The translations under genes were made by a program, and so were the position numbers. 64,000 nucleotides of DNA. It comes from Eledone cirrhosa. Taxonomy: Eukaryota. The notes below the pieces were generated by a model. That model searched no databases, had not been told where the DNA came from, and saw only the letters and a program-made list of their open reading frames with translations. Of this stretch, positions 16,481 through 29,059 are shown one piece after another. Each line of letters starts with the position of its first letter. Within the stretch, counting starts at the first letter, position 1. The DNA lies in the NCBI GenBank assembly GCA_964016885.1, contig OZ024741.1, forward strand, positions 496,001-560,000. Reading direction: 5' to 3'.

Positions 16481-19400
16481 CGTTTCTGAATTTGTTTAGC
16501 AAGATTCTTTATCTGAAATCGTGTGTTGAAACCGATATTGTTATACTTTGGGAGGGTCATGTTGCCATAAGAAACACACGCACCAGTTGCTTTCACTTCA
16601 ATTTATTATAATAAATTTATAATAAATTTATAAATTTATAAATTTCTGGTTGGTTGGTTGGTTCCACAACCAGATAGTTGTTTATATATTGTCATAGTTC
16701 TTTCGTCACACACTCTGTGACCTCTTCAGTGACACACATATACAACACACATCCCAACAACAACACACACACCAACAACAACAACAATAATAACATACCC
16801 AGAAACAACAACAACAGACACGCAGACACAAACAACAATAACAACACATACAACAATAATAACACACACGGAGACAACAACAACACACATCAACAACAAC
16901 AACAACACACACACATTCAATGCCTCTCACCACCACCACAATCTTAACAAACACACAGACACAGAAAACAAGTAATGACAGTAGCACAGAAATCACAGAA
17001 ATAAGGGAAAGTAATAGGATTAAAAGGAGAAGGGAGACTAAGGACAAAGAAAATAACCAAAACGAACACACAGACACACAAAATAGGGTAGATAACAACA
17101 ATGAGCCAGTGGAAAGAGACAGGAGTAATTATGAGAGACATAGAAACAACCATGAGGCTGTTGGTGGAAATAGAAATAGAAACAACACAACTAACAATAA
17201 CAATAGCACTAGTACACACAAAGCAGTAGCCTGGAACTCTACTTTTTATAATCCCTCCGATAAATTGTTCGACCTGCGACGAGTCCATGCCACGACTTTA
17301 CCATTTAACAAACGCACGCAATTGCCGTCGCAGGTCGATGAACAAACAGAAGCACAATTTAGTATAGCTAGATCCGAACTTAGAAATATTATAGAACAGT
17401 ATAACAAGAAGCATAATAGAATGGAGGCCCAGCAACTGGGAGAAAAATCTGCAAATGGCTTGCGTAAGCTCATGCAGCGTTCGCGTTATGGAGAGATAGC
17501 ATGCTTTCCAACAGACAAGTCCGGCAGAATGTCGGTTGACAGCCTGCCAAACTACATCCAGGCAATGCAACCCCACATCACTAACACAAGAGCATGAGGA
17601 TAGAGAAAAAGCCCTAAATGCCCATATGGTGATGTGGACGAATATAATGCAGCCCAACAAAAGGACTGCCAACAACTTCCAGGCCTGGAACAATGACGTG
17701 CCGGCATTGTATGGGCTTCGAAAAGACCATAAAACGGGCAGTGACCCTGTCGCGGACCACCAACACGGCCAGTCTGTGGAGCTAACATTGCTAGTAACTA
17801 CAGACTATCCTACTTCCTCTCCCTGATCATACGCCCCATCATTGAAATGTCCCCAGATGTATGTGACAGCACGGAGGACCTCCTCAGCAGAATCGGCGAG
17901 TGTAACCGATCTAGGGACCTAACAAACTGCATAATAGGTAGTATGGATGTTGTGTCCCTGTATCTATCTATTGACGTGGATTTCGCTGTGGAGAAATGCG
18001 TAGAAAGGATCAGTGAGAGAAATGTTGAGTTCCGTGGGATTGATACTAGTGAGCTGGGACTCCTACTTAAACTTACCTATAGTAATAATTACCTAGACAC
18101 ATATGACCTTAGCAACCTGTGCCCTACAAGACCAGCAAGAGGCAGACCACCTACCATTACCTCAATGGCCAAGAAAACCCACACAGATAGATGGAACGGG
18201 TGGACCAAAGCCATACGGACACCCGAAAACCACGATGAACTGAAGAAAATGATTGCACATGCGGTAGGGGCCAGCATAAAACTAACCCTTAAGGAACATA
18301 TGTTCAAATTTAATGGAAAAACATATGCCCAAGAGGAAGGAGCAGCCATTGGTGTTAGCATTGCAGGCGACATAGCTAACTTATTCATGGTATGGTGGGA
18401 CAGTAGACTTAAATTTAAAGAACAATTAGAAGACCCCTTAACCCTGATAATGTACTCCCGCTACGTTGATGATATAAACATCGTAGTTAAAACACCCCCA
18501 CTAGAGAACAGTCAGGAACTAGAGAAAAACACAATGGAAAGCATCCAGCAAATAGCTAACTCCATCCAGCAGAGCATTAGAGTTACTATAGACTACCCAA
18601 GTAAACACCCCAACCATCGATTACCTGTACTAGACACAGAGCTCTGGTTAGATACCATTAATAACAAAAAACAAATCCTCCATTCCCATTATGCCAAACC
18701 CATGATTTCCAAACATCTGATCCACCGAAACTCGGCCGTTTCGGACCATACCAAAATCAACATACTGATTGCGGATTTGGTACGGGTGATGAGAAATGTG
18801 TCCCGCATGTGCAACCCTGAAGAACTAGAGAGACACATACAACACTTCATCCACCGTATGCAGTTCTCTGGCTACAATCAGAGAGATAAAATCAGAGTGT
18901 ATAGAGGAGCCAGAACCAAATGGGAAAAAATGGTAAATAATGACATAAATGGGACCTGCCCCTTGTATAGGAGCAAATTTTGGAATAGAATAGAAAGAAC
19001 TAGGAACAAGGCTAATAGAATAAACTCATGGTATGATAGCAATAAATACAAGAGTGTAATGTTCATCGATACAACCCCTAGAGGTGAATTAGCTTACAAA
19101 TTTAGAAGGGCCCTAGATAAACATAAACTCAATATTAAGATAGTAGAAAGACCAGGTACCTCCGTAAAAACACTTATTAGCAAGACATACCCTTTTCAAA
19201 GACCCTCATGTATAGATAAGAAATGTATAACCTGTAAAATAAGCCCCCATATTAACTGTAAAACTAGAAATGTAGTGTATAGCATAAGATGTACTGAAGG
19301 ACAATGTAGAGACAAAATATAGTGTACATAGGTGAGACAGCTCGTAGTGTAGGGGAACGGATAAATGAACACTGGTGAGACCTTCAAGATAGTAAAGAAT

Positions 19401-19965
19401 CATCTGTACTCTACCAACATGCTAAAATAGAACACAAGGGTAAATTAGAGAACATAGAAATAAAAATAGAATCTACACACAGAAAAGACGCAATGTTTAG
19501 ACAAATCACAGAGGCAATAAACATAAAAGAATTACAACCAAAATTAAATAGAAAATATGAGTGGAACAGCAACATCACAACTTACAATTAAGGACAAAAT
19601 GAAAACACACACACACATAGAACAAACAACCAACCAGTAACATGTAAATAAACAAATAAATAAATGAACATAAACACACACAGACACCCGGATGTGGCGC
19701 ATGCGCAGACTGAGCACACAACACACACACAGAAACAAAATGGCGTAGGACAGAACAAAGGAGAGGCACAGAAACAAAGAAAGGAATCCCCAGTCACTGA
19801 AGAGGTCACAGAGTGTGTGACGAAAGAACTATGACAATATATAAACAACTATCTGGTTGTGGAACCAACCAACCAACCAGAAATTTATAAATTTATTATA
19901 ATAAATTGAAGTGAACGCAACTGGTGCGTGTGTTTCTTATTGGCAACATGACCCTCCCAAAGTAT

Positions 19966-19970
<5 letters not shown>
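16481..19970 (+). mobile_element. Near full-length Penelope-like element (possibly Naiad-like), frameshifted, with inverted 5' pLTR
   Basis: ORFs 16920-17597, 17536-17826 and 17847-19322: PTDKSG, SMDVVSLY, GAAIG...IANLFM, YSRYVDD, LPVLD, HYAKPM, then GIY-YIG (NVVY...YIGETARS) to about 19560; 16536-16733 inverts 19793-19970. Confidence 0.9.
19793..19835 (+). ncRNA. Minimal type I hammerhead ribozyme (extra G after core)
   Basis: gtca-CTGAAGA-g-gtcaca/gagtg/tgtgac-GAAA-g-aa-c-TA-tgac; further copies at 16691-16733 (-), 22782-22824 (-), 23391-23433 (+). Confidence 0.7.
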
Positions 19971-20005
<35 letters not shown>

Positions 20006-20009
20006 TATG

Positions 20010-20950
20010 TTTATATATTTCGTTTTTGAATTTGTTTTGCAAGATTTCTTATCTGAAAACGTGTGTCTGAACAGATAATTTTAAACTTTGGGAGGGTTAT
20101 GCTGCCAATAAAAACACACGCACCTGTTGGTTTTCACTTAAGTTTACTATAAATTTTCGGTTGGTTGGTTCTTTATTTTATCCACCCCATAAGAATGAAA
20201 AGCAAAGCTAATCATGGCAGGATTTGATTAACAATCAGGTGGTTGGATATTTTACAAATTAGATGTGCAATGTAAATGTGAAAGAAAAGCAGAGCTTGGA
20301 CAAGCTGAGGGAGAGGGGTTAAGGGGATTCCGAGTATGTAGTATATAGCATAAGATGTACTGAAGGACAGTGTGAGAATAAGAACACAACATACGTAGGT
20401 GAAACAGCCCGTAGTATAGGAGAAAGGATAAGTGAACACTGGCGAGAACTCCAAGATAGAAAAACTCACCAGTACTCCACCACCATGACAAAATAAAACA
20501 TAGAAATAAAAATTATATCCACACAGAAAAGATGCAATGCTCAGGCAAATCACAGAGGCAACAAATATAAATGAACTCCAACCCAAATTAAACTGAAAAC
20601 ATGAGTGGAATAGCAACATCACAACTAGTAATTAAGGACAACATGAAGACATACAGACACACACAGATTGAACAACCAACCAACTAGTGACAGTAAATAA
20701 ACACATAAATAAATAGATAAACACACACACAGCCAGATGTAATGCATGCGCAAACTAAGCACACAACACAATATAAAAAACCTAGTTTCTGAGGAAGTCA
20801 CAGAATATGTGACGAAAGAGCATTGACAATATATAAACAACCATCCGGTTATCGAACCAACCGACTGGAAATTTATAATAAACTGATGTAAAAAAACCAA
20901 CAGGTGTGTGCGTGTTTTTATTGGCAGCATGACCCTCCCAAAATTTAATT
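20010..20950 (+). mobile_element. Older diverged fragment of the same Penelope family (GIY-YIG end plus pLTR, inverted 5' piece)
   Basis: 20335-20945 parallels 19270-19965 (YVGETARSIGERISEHW); 20015-20170 is an inverted pLTR piece. Confidence 0.8.
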
Positions 20951-21379
20951 ATATATATTGAGAGAGAGAGGGTGGTGGAGTAAATATTAGTTCAAGAGCC
21001 AACTTGACCATAGTCATTCAGATTTTCAGCTGTACACCTTGCCATTGACACCATTCTGGAAGAAACTCTGGCACAATTCATTATCGTCATCATTATTTTA
21101 CGTCCATTTACAAAGTATAACAATATATATAAGGGTATTAACTCTAACATATTTGTATATGAAATACGTGAAGTTGTATGTCTGGCGACATACTGTATGT
21201 TTATAAATAAAGATACCCAACAGCCCATTACTCTATATGCAAATTTGGTTGATGAGCCAATGTAAATAGGCTTCTAAACTATGTTTTAGCTTATATTAAG
21301 TTCCAGCAGTAAGCAGTCGGGAGCGCTAGTTTGATAATGACCAAAGTCAGAAATGATGACATCCTCATCACTGTCAGTT

Positions 21380-22600
21380 TTCAAATTCATAGCTTTGTTA
21401 GCCTGCCTGAGATCCCACTACATCTTTTATGTACCCATTGCTTGCATTTGGGACATAGAATGGAATTCCTACCTACTCTTTTTCTGCACACTGAGCAGGG
21501 CCATTTCCCAGAGGAGATCTGGGCCCAATTTTCCCTTCTACTTACTAGAACTTTAGTCTTTGCCAAGTTGACTTTAAGACCTTTAGATTCTAGACCTTGC
21601 TTCCAAGTTTGGAATTTCATCTCTAGTTCAGCTATAGATTTGGCTTTACGGGTTAGGTCATCAGCATAGAGAAGTTCCCATGGGCAATTAGTCATAAACT
21701 CCTCCATTATTGCCTGCAGAACGATAATAAACAGGAGAGGGCTAAGAACAGAGCCCTGATGAACACCAACCTGCACGCTAAATTCTTCGCTATAGTCATT
21801 GTAAATTCTAACCTTGCTGGCTGTTCTTCTATACATTGCTTGAACTGCCTTCACAAGTCATTCGTCGACTACTAGTTTTCTAAGAGCCCACCATGTCGAT
21901 AAAATCCAAGTAGAGGGGCTTACTCTTAGCTAGATACTTCTCCTGCAGTTGTCTTAACAAGGAGGAGGTTTTCTGTGGTACTTTTACCTGGGAAAAATCC
22001 AAACTGCATCTCATCTATGTTAACTCGTTCCCTAATCAGTTGAGCTATGACTCTTTCAGAGACCTTCGTAACCTGGTCAACCAACTGAGCGCCTCTGTAG
22101 TTTTCATCTTTGCCCTTGTAGCAGTTTATGATGATGCTGTTACACCAGTCATTGGGTATGACATCATTTTGTATAACTTGGTTTACAATGCAGGAGACTG
22201 GTGTGGCTCATCATATCTGGAGTTTTCAGCATCTCAGCAACTATCTCTGAGGGACGAGCTTCCCTGTCTGACTTCATATCTTTGATTGTCTTACTTACTA
22301 TACTACCGCTAACTTGTACAGCCGGTCCCTCTGTCGGGTCGACATGTGACAGACTGTCTTCATCCCATGCATTCTCCTCATTCAGTCATCTTTCATAGTG
22401 GCACTTCCATGCTACCTTCTTTTCAGCATCAGTAAGGGCAAGTTCGCCAAAATCATTTTGGACACACTTCTCCCCACCGACATCACAATTTTCCCTGACA
22501 CACTGTCTAGCGATCCTGAACACCTCATGCTGCAAAACATGCTTACATTTTTTTTCTGCTTCCCTTCTAGCAAGGTAAACTTGTCACCTTGCTTCTCATA
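21380..22600 (-). mobile_element. RTE LINE internal fragment (RT domain)
   Basis: ORF 21387-21854: GVHQGSVLSPLLF, LLYADD, WPCSVC...WVHKRC. Confidence 0.9.
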
Positions 22601-22603
22601 GAC

Positions 22604-22632
<29 letters not shown>

Positions 22633-22639
<7 letters not shown>

Positions 22640-23625
22640 ATACTTTGGAAGGGTCATGTTGCCAATAAGAAACACACGCACCAGTTGCGTTCACTTCAAT
22701 TTATTATAATAAATTTATAAATTTCCTGTTGGTTGGTTGGTTGGTTGGTTGGTTCCACAACCAGATGGTTGTTTATATATTGTCAAAGTTCTTTCGTCAC
22801 ACATTCTGTGACCTCTTCAGTGACTGGGGATTCTTTTCTTTGTTTTTGTGCCTCTCCTTTGTTCTGTCCTACGCCATCTTGTTTCTGTGTGTGTGTTGTG
22901 TGCTCAGTCTGCGCATGCGCCACATCCGGGTGTCTGTGTGTGTTTATATTTGTTTATTTATTTGTTTATTTACATGTTACTGGTTGGTTGTTTGTTCTAT
23001 GTGCGTGTGTGTTTTCATTTTGTCCTTAATTGTAAGTTGGGATGTTGCTGTTCCACTCATGTTTTCTATTTAATTTTGGTTGTAATTCTTTTATGTTTAT
23101 TGCCTCTGTGATTTGTCTAAATATTGCGTCTTTTCGCAATTAAATAGAAAACATGAGTGGAACAGCAACATCACAACTTACAATTAAGGACAAAATGAAA
23201 ACACACACGCACATAGAACAAACAACCAACCAGTAACATGTAAATAAACAAATAAATAAACGAATATAAACACACACAGACACCCGGATGTGGCGCATGC
23301 ACAGACTGAGCACACAACACACACACACAGAAACAAGATGGCGTAGGACAGAACAAAGGAGAGGCACAAAAACAAAGAAAAGAATGCCCAGTCACTGAAG
23401 AGGTCACAGAATGTGTGACGAAAGAACTTTGACAATATATAAACAACCATCTGGTTGTGGAACCAACCAACCGGAAATTTATAAATTTATTATAATAAAT
23501 TGAAGTGAAAGGAACTGGTGCGTGTGTTTCTTATTGGCAACATGACCCTCCCAAAGTATAACAATATCGGTTTCAACACACGTTTTCAGATAAAGAATCT
23601 TGCTAAACAAATTCAGAAACGAAAT
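22633..23625. repeat. Palindrome of two inverted Penelope pLTRs (arms about 440 bp, spacer about 62 bp)
   Basis: 22633-23075 is the reverse complement of 23138-23565; same family as 19545-19970; (TA)n on both sides. Confidence 0.93.
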
Positions 23626-25199
23626 ATATATATATACATATACACATATAATTGTTGAGGGTTGTGGAAAAATCATTGAAGTAAAAATGTCTATGTTCAA
23701 TATTTCATTTATTAATAATTATTAATAATTCTTACATGTGTTTCAATGCAACATAATATTTTGGGCCCATGAAATCTGAACTTTTATACAACAAATAACT
23801 TCATATTGCTGGGGAATATTGTTATTGTATCTCATTAGAGAAGATGTAATTATTATGGGCAAGAAATAAGACATATATGTGGGAAGCTCTAAGCAGTATC
23901 ATTGGAAGCTGACCTGTCAGCATTTAAGGATTAGTGGAATAATTTTGAAGTTAACAGTCATCCAATTATTGCAGTCAGTTCATATTTTTAGGGAGGGCCT
24001 TGACTGTCTGTTCAGTTGTAGGTGATAAGTTTATAATATTTTTGAGAAAGATAAGGTGGAACAATAACTCTCAGCGGTAATTTAGATGCTTTTGATCTAT
24101 GTCCAAGACAGTAAGAAAGCTCTGTTGTACTCTAAAATGTTCAGCTGGTCAGTGATAATTGTCTATATGCAATTTGTTAATGGTGTTTTGACCCAGAAAC
24201 ATTAATTTCTTACGAGGAGGGATTGGATTTGTAGTAGTGACATTTGTAAGATTAATACACTGTAAAGTGGATGTGAAGGCACCACGGAAAAAAAGCACCC
24301 AGCACTCACTGTAAATGAGGTTTGTGTTAGGAAGGGCATCCAGCTGTAGAAATCAAGCCAAAATCAGTTCCTGTATGAGCAAGACAAGGTAAGCCGACTG
24401 GACACTGCTCACAACAGGACAACCCGTCTAACCCATGCTAGCGTGGAAGAACGGACGTAAAACGGTGATGATGATGATGAATAGATACTAAGATATTTAT
24501 GATATATGTTGCTTTGAGGTAGGTGTCTATAAGCCAAACTCCCTATCTTCAATTCGGTATTTATGCCAACCCTTAAATCTTGGGTAATGACCGACATAAT
24601 ATGATCTTGAATACAAGCAGCTGAAATAGGGTTCCTACAAAGGGTTTTAGAGTAACGTTACTTGATAGTGTGTGTAGTTCAGAGATCAGAAAGTTACTTC
24701 CGGTAAAGCCACTACTTCTCCGAATTGAGAGATCACAGCTCTGATACTATGGACATGTGGTTAGAATGTCTCAGGAAAGAATCGCTGGACAGATTTTACT
24801 GGCAAAACCAGCTGGCAGGAGATCCAGAGGTACACCCTGAGCAAGATGGTTGGATAACATCCATGAGCTTGACTTATCACTTGGGGAGCCAGCCGGATCA
24901 GTTGTAGACAGTTGCTTCTGACAGGACCCACTGGAAGGAGTGTTTGAGGACTCTGCTCCCATGACCCTCTCAGAAATATGTGAGCAAAGAAGCTGCTTTC
25001 ATGAGAAATTATGCATATTAGTTATAGAGGGAGATCATGAGTTTGAATTGTGTAGAGGCATTTTTGTAAGAATATGATCTTTTTATGCTATTATTTTCTC
25101 GTACTATTACTACTATATCTGTATGAGAAATTTATGAGTGTTCTTGACAGAGGACCATTTATATTTATTTAAAGCATTTTGGATACATGTGTTATATAT

Positions 25200-25705
25200 A
25201 TATCATCATCATTTCATGTCCACACTAACATGGGTTAAACGAGTTACCCCATTGAGACAAGCCAGGTCTAATGACCATGACTTGCTCGTACAGGACTGGT
25301 TTTGGCTTGGTTTCTATGGCTGGATGCCCTTCCTAACATCAACCTCATTTAAAGTGTGTGCTGGGTGTTTTGTGTCATTGCACATACACAACCACTATAT
25401 AGTGTGGCTTGGGAATTTGGGTGGGGGGAATTGATCTGGGGGCATATGAGAGGGCAGTCATGGGTGGTGCAAGAGAGGAGGGACGTAAACGGGGCTGAGT
25501 TGCATAACACCAGAGATCACCTTCAAGTGGTGCAATTGTGCAAGGTCAGTCTTCCTACGTCATAGCTTCTATCAACCTTGAGCTCCCTGCACGTTTTTAT
25601 ACAGCGGTCATCCTTCATATGCATCACATGTGCATACCAACACATTCTCCTCTCTTGCACACTACATTTAACTCCTCTTATACCTATTTTCTCTCTCAGT
25701 TCATT
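25200..25705 (-). mobile_element. RTE LINE 3' fragment
   Basis: ORF 25523-25726 INELREKIGIRGVKCSVQERRMCWYAHVMHM; (GAT)n tail at about 25202-25212. Confidence 0.75.
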
Positions 25706-25743
25706 TATATATATATATACACACACACATATATTTATTACAG

Positions 25744-25854
25744 CACGTTACCACATGGGTGCAATACAGAATTTAAATACTGGTTGGAGCAGTTCTATGA
25801 ACACCCGGGGTCATCATATTCTCACACAAGAAGCACAGATAGTCACTTCCCATG
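25744..25854 (+). CDS. ADAM17: ADAM17-like exon B (ARYHMGAIQNLNTGWSSSMNTRGHHILTQEAQIVTSH), ending at the first zinc-ligand His
   Basis: TTACAG acceptor and GTAAGT donor; phase 1/phase 1; LNTG...N..G..ILT.EA..VT.H matches the ADAM17 segment preceding HExxH. Confidence 0.92.
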
Positions 25855-25919
25855 GTAAGTGTCTTATTGTGTTATTCTTGTATGGTTCTCAGCATTGATA
25901 TGATGACTGTTTGTGGCTA

Positions 25920-26517
25920 ATGTGTGTGTAGTGTGGTGGTGGTAGTGTGTAGTGTGGTGGTGGGTAGTGGCAGTGTGGTGGTGGTAGTGTGTGTAGTGTG
26001 ATGGTGGTAGGGTGGTGGTGGGTTGTGGCAGTGTGGTGGTGTGTAGTGTGGTGTTGGTAGTGTGCGTAGTGTGGTGGTGGGTAGTGGCAGTGTGGTGGTG
26101 GTGGTGGGTAGTGTGTGTAGTGTGGTGGTGGTAGTGGATAGTGGCAGTGTGGTGGTGGTGGTAATGCGATGGTGGGTAGTGGCTATGTGGTGGTGGTAGT
26201 GTGTAGTGGGTTGTGGAAGTGTGGTGGTGGGTAGTGGCAGTGTGGTGGTGGTGGTGGTAGTTGTGTGATGGTGGGTGGTGGTAGTGTGTAATGTGGTTGT
26301 GGAGGTGGTAGTGTGGTGGTGGATAGTGGGTAGTGTGGTGGTGGGTAGTGGGTAGTGTGGTGGTGGGTAGTGGGTAGTGTGGTGGTGGTGGGTAGTGGTA
26401 GTGGGTAGTGTGGTGGTGGATAGTGGCTAGTGTGGTGGTGCGTAGTGTGGTTGTGGTAGTGGGTAGTGTGGTGGTGGATAGTGGGTAGTGGTATTTGGGT
26501 GGTGGATAGTGGGTAGT
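25920..26517. repeat. G/T-rich low-complexity tract (GTG/GTA/GGT repeats)
   Basis: About 600 bp of degenerate GTGGTGGTA/GGGTAGT repeats. Confidence 0.95.
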
Positions 26518-26803
26518 AAAGAACCTCAGCTCCAACAGGTTTTAAAATCCCCATAAGGATATCTCTATAACACCACCAGAGTTATGGGTCCACACATTTA
26601 TACAGGGTGTGAATACATTCTTTGTTTGCTGGCTCGTATGATGGAATTATGTTAGATGGATTGATGTTCTTGTATGATGGAATTATGTTTTGCGACATTT
26701 CATTTGATAAACCTTGTCTTTGTTCAATGTTTAAAAGTCTATTTACAAACATTATTTTCTGTTCCATCTTTTCCAACCAAACTCCTGTCTGCATTGTTTA
26801 CAG

Positions 26804-26809
26804 AATTTG
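26804..26809 (+). CDS. ADAM17: ADAM17-like 6-nt microexon AATTTG, completing Glu-Phe-Gly of [12 protein letters not shown]
   Basis: tttacag|AATTTG|gtaagt with canonical splice sites; joins CAT G|AA TTT G|GT CAT and restores exactly the two residues missing from the zinc motif between exons 25744-25854 and 32464-32582. Confidence 0.88.
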
Positions 26810-27109
26810 GTAAGTTGGCAGCATTTTTGTTTTACCTATTTCTTTATCATCCATCACAGCACTGTAGGATATGTCCCAGTATTACTTTGGCAGTGATGGC
26901 TAAAACAGATGAAAATAGACCTTCACTTTCTTTATTTGATCATCTCATATTGGAGTGTCCACTCTGTCATATTGGAGTGTCCACTCTGTCATCAACAGTT
27001 TAAGATTTACTTCTTTGTTGACATACTGTTGTTCAGTTATACTTCATAAAACTACAGGCTTTAAGTGTGTGGCTCAAACATTTGCTTTAATAAAAGGGGG
27101 TGATAACAA

Positions 27110-28510
27110 CTTTAGCCCCATCCTATTTATTATTGCCCTTCAGGCTATAACAGAGGAGTTCAAAACCGGCTGCCCATGGGAACTCTTATACACAGATGAT
27201 CTAATGCTCACAGCTGAATCAATGGCTGAACTAGAGAAGAAATTCCAAACATGGAAGCATGGCCTAGAATCAAAAGGCCATAAAGTAAAGTTGTCTAAGA
27301 CTAAAGTCCTAGTTTGTAGAAAGGAAAATAAGGCACAGGTACCCTCATGGAAATGGCCATGCTCAGTGTGTAGGAAAGGAGTAGGCAGAAATTCAATTTT
27401 ATGTCCCAAATGTAAAGTATGGGTACATAAAAGATGTAGTAGGATCACAGGTAAACTATCTAAGAACGTAGACTTTATATGTGGCCGATGCTCAGGTGCA
27501 ATAAGTAGCAAGTGTCCAAAGGATACTAGCTCCTTCTATTGCTCAGATGGTTCTATAGAAATAGTAGACACTTTCCTTTACCTGGGTGACGAAATCACCA
27601 GTGGTGGAGGGTGTTCTGAAAGTACAGTAGCCAGAGTCAGAACGGGATGGAAAAAGTTCAGAGAGCTTATACCGCTGTTGGCCACAAAAGGTTTCTCTCT
27701 AAAAATGAAAGGCCGATTGTATGATGCTTGTATACGAACAGCAATGCTTCATGGCAGTGAGACATGGGCATTGCATGCAGAGGACCTGCGCAGACTGGAA
27801 AGGAACGAAGCATGCATGCTCTGTTGGATGTGTAATAGTAATATATGTGAACGGCAAAGCATAAATGAACTAAGTGAGAAATTAGGAATAAGCAGGATCA
27901 GATGCTGTTTACTTGAGAGAAGACTACGTTAGTATGGCCATGTGATGCGTTTGAAAGACGATAGCTGAATAAAAAAGTGCAGGGTGATCAAAATTGATGG
28001 TAGTTACGGAGTAGGTAGACCCAGAAAAACCTGGGACGATCTGATAAATTCCGACCTTACACACTTGCACCTCTCTAAGACTGTCACTGGACCGAGATCT
28101 TTGGCGCTACGCAGTAATACAGAAGACCCGCTTTGCCTATGTACAAAGTTAACCTACAGTCAGTAGGCACATCTTAACCAAATATACACCCAATCCACTA
28201 CCCTACCCTATCCTCCCACTCCCACCAACAGCACGAGATAATGAGATCGAGATCGTGTAGGTGTCAAGAGAAAAAAAAACACAATCCACGCTGTAATGTG
28301 GCCATGTAGGTAACACGGTAAAAAGTTCCCAGTTCCACACTGTAAATGTGGTTGGTGTTAGGAAGGGCATCCAGCCGTAGAAAACCTACCTGATAGTCCT
28401 ATATGTGCGAGACACGGTCACCCAACCAACCTTGCCTCAAGTGGGACAACTCCCGTCTAACCCATGCTACCGTGGAAAATGGATGTTAAACGAAGATGAT
28501 GATGATGATT
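27110..28510 (+). mobile_element. 5'-truncated RTE LINE
   Basis: ORF 26955-27932: SPILF, LLYTDD, Cys-rich insert, FLYLG, HGSETW; (GAT)n tail at about 28492-28509. Confidence 0.9.
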
Positions 28511-28684
28511 AAATGAGTGAGTTTAGACAGCAGTCTGTAACAGGAGGATTAGCCGTGCGTATCATATTTATATAAGCAGCAGGAGCACTGTAAAATAGTG
28601 TGTGTATATATTGCTCAAAATAATGTCAACCAGGATAATGTCATAGATTTGATATTAACTGCCTCCATCTCTCTCACTCTCCTC

Positions 28685-28925
28685 ATCTCTTTCTATCATA
28701 AGTAGATGGGAGCCCACGCGCTGACTGCCCTGAGGCCCCGGCAGACAGAATAGAGGAGGCCTTGGTGGATGGTGAGGGAAATGCATTGGAAGAGCCATTC
28801 CAGCTCGGGAGGCTCACACCTGTGGGTAACTGACTCCGTGCTGATGGTGGTGAGCAGGAGGGAGGTGGTCCTAGGGCCAAGGACACAAGAAGTCTCCACT
28901 GCTGCGGGCTCGACCGAATATGTTT
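28685..28925 (-). mobile_element. Possible C-terminal remnant of a CRE-like RLE retrotransposon
   Basis: AAVETSCVLGP...ELEWLFQCISLTIHQG resembles the (A)VET.G...L.QR.S..IQRG end of CRE-type ORFs; short and degenerate. Confidence 0.35.
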
Positions 28926-29059
28926 GTAACAAGGGTAATCATTTTATCTGTGCTTATTCAATTCAGTCACTAAAATGTTTATTAAAATGGTGGCTATGGA
29001 GGTTACAATGGTACAGGACGTTTAGAAATAAATGCAGATTGTAAAATATTAATTTAAAA

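Noticed and set aside
17590-19380. In-frame TGA codons as selenocysteine in the Naiad-like element
   Set aside because: The TGA at about 17595 coincides with a frameshift, and the one at about 19377 is CGA in the sister copy (about 20443); neither is at a Cys position.
20785-20827. Additional hammerhead in the old Penelope copy
   Set aside because: Cores remain but stem I and the cleavage triplet are mutated; treated as decayed.
25864-26554. His/Thr/Pro-rich ORFs (also 35080-35822)
   Set aside because: Products of low-complexity trinucleotide tracts within introns.
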